Virus record (IMG/VR): IMGVR_UViG_3300016667_000229
Span: 1 to 32,635 of that record
Source of the DNA: a virus
Taxonomy: Duplodnaviria; Caudoviricetes
DNA: 32,635 bases
Reading direction: 5' to 3' (one strand)
In this document: one piece after another, positions 26,485 to 32,635 of the stretch
Numbering within the stretch: the first letter of the stretch is position 1
How the letters are laid out: each line of letters begins with the position of its first letter
The notes under the pieces: model-generated
Seen by the model: only the letters and a program-made list of their open reading frames with translations
What the model was told of the DNA's origin: nothing
The model's database searches: none
Program-made: the position numbers and the translations under genes

Positions 26485-26822
26485 TTGGGCTTCTCGCTAA
26501 GGTTTGGGTTGGTGTTCACGACACCTCGGCCAAGTGCATCGTAGAAGGATACCTTTGTCATCGATGACTTCTCCTTGGTCTGCTTTGCCTTCTCTTCATC
26601 AATGATGGCCTGCTCGGCCTTGTTGATGTCGGCAAGACGCTTGGCTTCCTCGGCGGCAATTCGATTTCTTTCATCGATTGCAGCCTGTTCCCTGCGTTTT
26701 TCATCCTCGAGCATCTGTGCTCGTCTCTTGTCTTCTTCCTGCTGTTGGTATGTACGCTCCTCAGCCAAGAGGTCGCGTTGCTCCTGTGCGGTCATACCAG
26801 CAGAAATACTAGGTGCACCCAT
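26481..26822 (-). CDS. 113-aa charged coiled-coil protein, probable small virion protein (gp7.3-like position)
   Basis: Start moved to ATG 26822 (SD AAGGAG), MGAPSISAG; GTGA overlap with portal. Confidence 0.7.
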   Translation of the reverse strand: MGAPSISAGMTAQEQRDLLAEERTYQQQEEDKRRAQMLEDEKRREQAAIDERNRIAAEEAKRLADINKAEQAIIDEEKAKQTKEKSSMTKVSFYDALGRGVVNTNPNLSEKPK

Positions 26823-26832
26823 AGGTGTCTCC

Positions 26833-27408
26833 TTACTTTGGTTTCTCGGTGTATGTAGCACCACGATATGCCGCTGCCTGTCCACCAGCCAAGGCTTCCT
26901 GCTGTTGCTTCAGGAATTCCTTGCGTCGGCGTTCATTGTCAATTGCAAGCTGTGCGTTGTATTCGTCGTACATCTTCTGATACTTTTTATGCTCTTCTCC
27001 AGCAAAGTCGTATTCAGATTTATTCTTTTGATATTCCTCAATTACCCGTCCAACACGACCAGGCATCATTCTACCCTGCGAAGTTGAATACCATTGCTGA
27101 GTCCGTAGGATATCGTTTAGATCTCTCATGGTTCCATCTGGATTCAGGAAGTTTCGTACCTTGAATTTCTTTCCTTCGTAAGTATACCATTCCTCACCGC
27201 GCTGTTTGGCTGCGGTTACAATGTCATTGATGGCCATCAGTTTCTGGTATGACTCTTGATATGTTGGCTCAAGATCCTGATAGGCTTTGAGGTTGGCATC
27301 CGCGGTTTCCTTGTAGTAGGTGGAAAGATATCCACCAGTCTCAGGAGTAAAGGTCTGCCTGCGGATCTCTGCCATCTTCCTGTAGTATTCGGATTGCGCG
27401 TTATCCAC
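26833..27408 (-). CDS. Hypothetical 191-aa helical protein
   Basis: GTG start with SD AGGAG; tiles between neighbours. Confidence 0.7.
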   Translation of the reverse strand: MDNAQSEYYRKMAEIRRQTFTPETGGYLSTYYKETADANLKAYQDLEPTYQESYQKLMAINDIVTAAKQRGEEWYTYEGKKFKVRNFLNPDGTMRDLNDILRTQQWYSTSQGRMMPGRVGRVIEEYQKNKSEYDFAGEEHKKYQKMYDEYNAQLAIDNERRRKEFLKQQQEALAGGQAAAYRGATYTEKPK

Positions 27409-27592
27409 GGTTCTTCTCCTGATTTCTTACCACACCCTCGAGCCAAGTGATCAGCTCCATGACACGTGCATGCGATGCAAGGTCCCTGACAAGCTGTTCA
27501 TTTGTCTTGGATGGATCGTAGGTGACTGGTGCCACCTTATCCTTGAGGATTGGGATCCACTTCGGATCCAGGTAGGGATGCTTCGAGTTCAT
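27401..27592 (-). CDS. Hypothetical 63-aa protein (gp6.5-like position)
   Basis: ATG with GGAG upstream; tiles with neighbours. Confidence 0.65.
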   Translation of the reverse strand: MNSKHPYLDPKWIPILKDKVAPVTYDPSKTNEQLVRDLASHARVMELITWLEGVVRNQEKNRG

Positions 27593-27806
27593 TGATGCGC
27601 TCCACGATCTTGTTCATGTAGTTCCAGATCTCACCCTGGACCTTGAAGAGCTGGAGGACAAGCCGTCCATACTCCGCGTCGGTCATCGGCAGGGACTTCT
27701 CCAGCTTTACCCGTAGACGCTCATCTAGGTTTAGTTCAAATGATAGTGCAGCCCCCTGCAGTGCAAGCGGGTTCGTGGCTGGCTTTTGTCTGATCTTCTT
27801 GTTCAT
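27537..27806 (-). CDS. Hypothetical small helical protein, start uncertain
   Basis: Only frame filling the gap after the RNR stop (NLDERLRVKLEKSLPMTDAEYGRL...). Nearest upstream in-frame ATG is 27806 inside RNR; an internal ATG (MTDAEY) is an alternative. Confidence 0.5.
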   Translation of the reverse strand: MNKKIRQKPATNPLALQGAALSFELNLDERLRVKLEKSLPMTDAEYGRLVLQLFKVQGEIWNYMNKIVERINELEASLPGSEVDPNPQG

Positions 27807-29616
27807 AGTTGCTGAGTTGGGTGAAGTCCACAGAAACCTGCGGGAACTTCTCATACTCCTCCTGTGTAATCTCCTCGAAGGGAGCTTGCTGATATGTGTG
27901 GTCTGACTTGGGTAGGAACGATACGCCTGAGATGCAGTCGAATTGCTGGTAGACCAACGATCCAAGAGTCAGGAACTCATCGTCCGTGTAGTTGATTGTG
28001 ACTGAGGGCTTGTGCTCACAGTAGTAGTCTGCGTACACACGCCATAGGATCAGATGCGTCTGTGCATCGAGATCCTTGTTTGTGATTGAATCGGTCGGTG
28101 CTGCCATCGGGAAGGAGAACACAGCCGTACTGGCTGGATTCATCACGCAGTCCTCGCAAGGCACGCCCTGATCCTTCATTAGCCTGTACAGTGGATCGCT
28201 CTTGGCGAGTCTCACGCGGCGAATGTAGTAGGGGGCATACTGAGGGTGCAGTCCTGAGGCACATCCTGCTAGGCAGGAGGTGGTACCCTCTGGCTTGACG
28301 CAGGTGATGGCGGCTGAAGCTGGGATGCCAAGCTTCTCAGCCCATTCCTTGTTGATGTCTTCTGTTGCAAGACGGATGTCCTGCAGGAACTTGATCAACT
28401 TGGTTGGTGAGTTGCGACCTGAAGTCAGGTTATTGTCCCAGATGCCAGTCATGCTGACACCAAGCAGGCGTTCCTCGTTGCAGTTGTCCCGCCACTGGTT
28501 GCGCAGGTACGGGAAATAAGTGAACTTGGACTGGATTGTACCAAGGATTGTTGCCTGTTCGATCTTGCGTCGAATGGTTCGCTCTGTATCCCATGGCTTG
28601 ATGACCACAGTAGATAGATTGCAGAACTGCATGGGACGCAGGATGATCTCAGAGCATGGATTGGTGCCAAGCTGGCACCCTAGTGGTACCTCACGGTTAT
28701 GACGTGAGCAGATGTTGTTCAATGCCTCTCGATTCAGGATGCCACGCTCACCGCTGTACGAGTTGTACAGACTTGACCACTCCTCAAGGAAGCGGCCAAG
28801 GGTTGGCTTGGATCCATAGACTGCTGAGTTGTTGGCAAGCGAACGGTAGGCATGGTTCTCGAACCAGTTGCCCGACTTGCAGGTAGCCATCTCCTTGTCA
28901 TCAAGGTCGGACAGGCTGATCATTGCTGATCGTCTGACACCACCTACAATGACCGACTGGGCGATGACGCATGCAATGTCATGGCATTCCAGACTGGATA
29001 GCCGTCGACCTCTTGCCTTGTTGAACACGCCAACGAGGAACTTGAAGACATTCTCCAGCGGCACTGGGCCTGAAGCCCGACCGCCAAAGGTCTTCAGTCT
29101 GGCACCCGCAGGGCGAATGTTCGACACATCCCAAGTAGGATGGATTCCCTCGTAAAGATAGATCATCATTGCCTTCAGGGCATCGCACCAGCCTTCACGG
29201 CTGTCATCGACGGTGATGGTAATTGACGTATCTCTCTTGATCTGGCTAGGTACCGCAGGTAGCTTCTCTACGCAGCGGCGTTCAACGCTGTAGCCTACAC
29301 CAGTGCCGCACATGAGGATGTACATCGTCTCCGCGAAGGCGGTGACGCAATCGAGTTCAAGGTAGGCACAGTTGTAAAGAGCGGTGTGATCCCGATCCAA
29401 TGCAGGACCTGAGGTCATCAATGCTCTCATGCTAGGGAACACCTCTCGGTCGATGACGGCATCATAGATGTCGGGTCGTGAAGCGAGGGATGGTTCCTTA
29501 TTTGTCATGTAATCCCACCATCTGTTTACGGTTTCCTGCCATGTTTCTCGACGGCCAGCGGATTCGATCCATCTGGCATATCGGGATACGGCAATGAACT
29601 CCTCGAAGGTGGACAT
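27736..29616 (-). CDS. nrdJ: Class II (adenosylcobalamin-dependent) ribonucleotide reductase
   Basis: SRYARW....RRETW.ETV.R, YNCAY, GTGVG, GGVRRSAMISL, TNPCSEI (catalytic), TCVKPEGT, C-terminal ACTAGGC; no small-subunit gene nearby. Alternative start at 29748. Confidence 0.93.
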   Translation of the reverse strand: MSTFEEFIAVSRYARWIESAGRRETWQETVNRWWDYMTNKEPSLASRPDIYDAVIDREVFPSMRALMTSGPALDRDHTALYNCAYLELDCVTAFAETMYILMCGTGVGYSVERRCVEKLPAVPSQIKRDTSITITVDDSREGWCDALKAMMIYLYEGIHPTWDVSNIRPAGARLKTFGGRASGPVPLENVFKFLVGVFNKARGRRLSSLECHDIACVIAQSVIVGGVRRSAMISLSDLDDKEMATCKSGNWFENHAYRSLANNSAVYGSKPTLGRFLEEWSSLYNSYSGERGILNREALNNICSRHNREVPLGCQLGTNPCSEIILRPMQFCNLSTVVIKPWDTERTIRRKIEQATILGTIQSKFTYFPYLRNQWRDNCNEERLLGVSMTGIWDNNLTSGRNSPTKLIKFLQDIRLATEDINKEWAEKLGIPASAAITCVKPEGTTSCLAGCASGLHPQYAPYYIRRVRLAKSDPLYRLMKDQGVPCEDCVMNPASTAVFSFPMAAPTDSITNKDLDAQTHLILWRVYADYYCEHKPSVTINYTDDEFLTLGSLVYQQFDCISGVSFLPKSDHTYQQAPFEEITQEEYEKFPQVSVDFTQLSNYEQEDQTKASHEPACTAGGCTII

Positions 29617-29792
29617 CTTTCTCTGTTCCTTAGGCTGATGCGTAAAGGAAGAGAAGATAAAAGTATTTGGATTGTCGACAGTCATAGTCTGAACTGACAG
29701 GGATTCAGGATTGTCGAAGGTTGTTGAGTTGATTTCAAATTGATTCATGATTTCCTTTTTGTTGGTTCTCTTCAACGTGACACGCGCTCGGC

Positions 29793-30539
29793 TCAGCCCC
29801 AGTCAATGGGGTCAAACCGACTCACCTGCCACGGAACCTTGTCTTCCCCCGCACGGAGGATACGGACACAGATTCCCATGGCTACAGCATCCTTTAGGGT
29901 GTATGCCTTACCATCTTTGTTGGGACGCTTCTCATATAGGGACAACACCAATGCCTCCCAGTTCTGGGGAAGGGTCTCAGACATCAGCTTCTCAGCCTTC
30001 TTTGGTCCAAGCTTCCATACCCCAGGAATATTGTCGGTGCTGTCCCCCGTAATCCATTGTCGATAGAAGGCAGCGTCAGCCTCCTCGACAGAGATGTACT
30101 TGACTTCGGCCCTAGGATCGTCTGGGTCCACCTGTGGATACCAGCTCCATCCAGGGATCTGCTTGAGATCCTTGTCAATGGTCACTCCGATTGCCTTGCC
30201 CTCGGATTGCCAGATGCCAATCAGGTCATCGGCCTCGAGTCTGTCTGACATTAGGCACGAACAGTTTTCCTTCAGCCATGCCAGTGCGTCGGGCAGACTC
30301 TCAGGGGAGGGTCGCTCGTTGCGATGTGCCTTGTACTCGGGATAGTAGTCACGTCTGAAGTTGTCATCTCTCCGACAGGAGAGGGCGACAATCACCTTGT
30401 CGACACCATCTGGTGTCCATCGCTTCAGGTCATCCTGAAGCCTTGACTCAAGCCACTCTGGTCCCTCACTGTCTGCCCAGAAGGCAGCGCGATAGGCCAG
30501 GATATCTCCGTCAATGATCGCTGTCGTTGGTTTGTTCAT
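29793..30539 (-). CDS. 5'-3' exonuclease (T7 gp6-like)
   Basis: IIDGDILAYRAA, NFR...YPEYKAHR, LEADDLIGI, IDKDLKQIPG, GDSTDNIPGV..LGPKKAEK. Confidence 0.95.
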   Translation of the reverse strand: MNKPTTAIIDGDILAYRAAFWADSEGPEWLESRLQDDLKRWTPDGVDKVIVALSCRRDDNFRRDYYPEYKAHRNERPSPESLPDALAWLKENCSCLMSDRLEADDLIGIWQSEGKAIGVTIDKDLKQIPGWSWYPQVDPDDPRAEVKYISVEEADAAFYRQWITGDSTDNIPGVWKLGPKKAEKLMSETLPQNWEALVLSLYEKRPNKDGKAYTLKDAVAMGICVRILRAGEDKVPWQVSRFDPIDWG

Positions 30540-30738
30540 TGTGCATCCTTGTTAGAAAGTATCGACCACACACCCTGTTCAACCTGTATTCCTCGTTCCA
30601 AAGGGTGTGATATCTCTGGTTCCTTGGCACTGGGATCAAGCGTCCACGCTCTGGTCCGTACAGGACCTCGGCAATAACCTCACCACCATCCGACCAGATA
30701 ACATCCGTTGTCTGCTGCGGCTCTGAACCACTTGGCAA
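30511..30738 (-). CDS. Hypothetical small protein, start uncertain
   Basis: Fills the ~140-nt gap upstream of the exonuclease; only a TTG start inside the upstream gene. Confidence 0.4.
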   Translation of the reverse strand: MPSGSEPQQTTDVIWSDGGEVIAEVLYGPERGRLIPVPRNQRYHTLWNEEYRLNRVCGRYFLTRMHNEQTNDSDH

Positions 30739-31045
30739 GTTGCACCGTTTCCTTTCTATTCAGGTTATATGTGAATACTACGTCTCTGTACTTCTCTGGA
30801 TATTCCAGGAAGTCATCAAGACTGTCCGCGATCTTTGCAACCGTGGCGTTGTTGATTGACTCGCGGTACAGGGATTCCCCACTGATCTGCTCAATCAGAT
30901 GTGAATACACCTTGCCGCGCAGATCGGCCAATCCCCATGCCATGATGCCTCGAGTCAATCCCTCGGTTCCCTCGAACCATTCCTCAGGAGCGGGGACATT
31001 CTCCCCGTCCCTGAAGCCTTGCATTGCGGTGGTATCAAGCCCCAT
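30680..31045 (-). CDS. Hypothetical 121-aa phage protein (MGLD-start type)
   Basis: SD GGGGAGG 6 nt before ATG 31045; ends GCYLVGWW. Confidence 0.75.
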   Translation of the reverse strand: MGLDTTAMQGFRDGENVPAPEEWFEGTEGLTRGIMAWGLADLRGKVYSHLIEQISGESLYRESINNATVAKIADSLDDFLEYPEKYRDVVFTYNLNRKETVQLAKWFRAAADNGCYLVGWW

Positions 31046-31748
31046 CGTCATCCTCCCCGAATAGTCCATTTAGAAATTCATCAACCGTCAACGTCTCGTC
31101 CTTGCGGAACTTCCTGCAGGCAACGCAGTCGCAGTCGGTATACACTTCACCGACCGCATCCAACAGCAGTGCGGTTCGTTCATCAAGCTTGGTGATGAAG
31201 TCCTGAAGACTTCCACCATTCTTGATAATGAAGTCGAAGTACTGGGCATGATCCTTCATGTCGGTATCCAGTTTGTTCGACAGTTCCTCGGATTCATGCT
31301 TGCGCCATTCGGCATCGTTTGCCTCAAGCACTCGCTTGTCTGAGGAGATAAACACGATCTTTGCACCGAGTCTCTTGGCGAGATTCAATTCATTCAGGTA
31401 CCTGCAGTCATCAACGATGACCACACGTTCCTTCCAGAGCTTTGCAGGATCGTTCATCAGCTGCTCATCCTTCATTGCATAGGTTCTCCACTCTTCCTCG
31501 AACATCTTGATCCAATAGTCTGGATCCTCGGTTCGCTTGGACTCACCCATTGTCTGGCAGTATGCCCTGTATTCCTCTGGATTCTTTTCCTTGGTGAACC
31601 CCGCAGCAGCAGCGGCATCCTTGATCGCCTTGGCGAATGGCAGGATGACTGGCTTGCAGTCAAAGTGCTTCTTCGCCTGCGCCATGATGTGTTCTGCCGC
31701 AGTTGTCTTTCCCACCCTGGCCTTACCGACCAGTACGATTGTTATCAT
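31035..31748 (-). CDS. Deoxynucleoside monophosphate kinase-like P-loop protein
   Basis: Start ATG 31748 (SD GGAGG); LVGKARVGKTTAA, FAKAIK, R...Q..GE..R..DPDYW, VIVDDCRYLNE, HESE motifs of the phage dNMP kinase family. Confidence 0.88.
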   Translation of the reverse strand: MITIVLVGKARVGKTTAAEHIMAQAKKHFDCKPVILPFAKAIKDAAAAAGFTKEKNPEEYRAYCQTMGESKRTEDPDYWIKMFEEEWRTYAMKDEQLMNDPAKLWKERVVIVDDCRYLNELNLAKRLGAKIVFISSDKRVLEANDAEWRKHESEELSNKLDTDMKDHAQYFDFIIKNGGSLQDFITKLDERTALLLDAVGEVYTDCDCVACRKFRKDETLTVDEFLNGLFGEDDDGA

Positions 31749-32289
31749 AGATCCTCCATAGGGTGGCTGGATGCCATGCATCAGACAACCCGAACAGATT
31801 GCACACGAATGAGGAACATGCCCTTGGCCGTGTCAGTCCAAGAAAACGTCCGATGAAGTGGTGGAAGATCAAATCCCAAGGACGCGCATCGGTATGCGTC
31901 TTGGCTTCCCTTACTACCTGCTCAAGATCCAGCTCGAACTCCCCAACTGGTACCTTTGATATCAGCCTTACTCCAAGTGCCTCAAGGGTTTTTGGTGAGT
32001 GCACCTTGGCAACACCCTTCAGCCGTCCATTCACACGGGTGGCCGCACAGATGGTGATGCACATGTCACCCTGGGTATGGGTCTCAATAATCGGACCCAC
32101 ATGGGTGACATTGCTGAACCCAGTGCATTTCAGTAGGGTTCCAATGATCCTTCCCTGGATTGGAGAGAAGTCGTAGAACCCCACATAGCAATTGTACTTA
32201 GTGAGTCTCCGACCAGTTTCGACCGATCTTGTACTCAGCGTTGATTGGCATTCTGATCCCAAGTCTGTTACCTGCCTCGATTGCCGCAT
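31723..32289 (-). CDS. Permuted papain-like (NlpC/P60 YiiX/YaeF-type) amidase/peptidase candidate; start uncertain
   Basis: His-before-Cys order: VTHVG ... PWD ... ACSSFV ... HPATL, matching the SHxG...PYD...CSELV...PxxL pattern. Confidence 0.65.
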   Translation of the reverse strand: MRQSRQVTDLGSECQSTLSTRSVETGRRLTKYNCYVGFYDFSPIQGRIIGTLLKCTGFSNVTHVGPIIETHTQGDMCITICAATRVNGRLKGVAKVHSPKTLEALGVRLISKVPVGEFELDLEQVVREAKTHTDARPWDLIFHHFIGRFLGLTRPRACSSFVCNLFGLSDAWHPATLWRIYDNNRTGR

Positions 32290-32635
32290 CGGTTATGATC
32301 TTACCCGCTGCGTCGGCAATGTTCGCAGGACAGGAGAATTGAAGTTCGTCATGGACATAGGCCACTTGCTTCACTTGTTCACCAAATGCCTTGCGCAACC
32401 TGTAGTTGGCAAGGAACATCCAGTACTTGGATACCACTGCACCGCTTCCCTGAAGCAGAGTGTTCAGTGCGGCATGCTTGCTGCGAATGGGAACCTTGCG
32501 GCCATCTACCAGTGTCAGTGAGTTCTCACTCATGACGCAGAACTCAACCCAGTCCTTCACCTTTGCAAGTGCTGGTAGCTCCTTGAGGAACCTTGACTTG
32601 AGTGCGGCACCGTGCTTGGCGGAACCATCAACGAT
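32198..32635 (-). CDS. polA: Family A DNA polymerase (T7 gp5-like), C-terminal fragment
   Basis: Frame is open to the window edge (IVDGSAKHGAALKSRFLKELPAL); DGRKVPIRSKHAALNTLLQGSGA, motif C VHDELQ, terminal GRNWSETH. Confidence 0.96.
   Translation of the reverse strand: MVDGSAKHGAALKSRFLKELPALAKVKDWVEFCVMSENSLTLVDGRKVPIRSKHAALNTLLQGSGAVVSKYWMFLANYRLRKAFGEQVKQVAYVHDELQFSCPANIADAAGKIITDAAIEAGNRLGIRMPINAEYKIGRNWSETH

Noticed and set aside
27736-29616. Intron or intein in RNR, TerL or polymerase
   Set aside because: Lengths and motif spacing look normal, frames are uninterrupted, and no homing endonuclease or intein termini are evident.
461-32521. Plus-strand and nested alternative-frame ORFs in the track
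   Set aside because: They are shadows of well-supported minus-strand genes that tile the window; none shows recognisable motifs.
1-32635. Amber stop-codon reassignment, since no called gene ends in TAG
   Set aside because: All conserved genes are intact under the standard code with no internal TAG, and no suppressor tRNA is visible; TAG avoidance alone is common.

Overview
This window is a contiguous, densely coding segment of a T7-like (Autographiviridae-related) podovirus genome, with every credible gene on the minus strand. In transcription order (right to left): 3' end of a family A DNA polymerase, a permuted papain-like (YiiX/YaeF-type) amidase candidate, a dNMP-kinase-like protein, small hypotheticals, gp6-like exonuclease, class II ribonucleotide reductase, small putative virion proteins, portal, two genes inserted before scaffold, scaffold, major capsid, tail tubular A and B, a multi-gene tail fibre set, membrane/lysis candidates, TerS, TerL, and then gp14-like and further internal virion genes running off the window. 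The most unusual signal is a pair of non-coding elements, one after the capsid gene (20087-20237) and one between terS and terL (6213-6380). They differ in primary sequence but share an architecture: a GCN-UAA-UCA stop context, a 39-nt bulged hairpin with a UUGAUU loop complementary to that AAUCA, an AGAAA-looped hairpin, a GCUACG motif and an intrinsic terminator. Other oddities are internal virion genes relocated downstream of terminase, two large TIM-barrel-like orphan proteins, a u-spanin-like lipoprotein, and no recognisable endolysin in the window. All calls come from motif recognition and hand folding; no searches were run.
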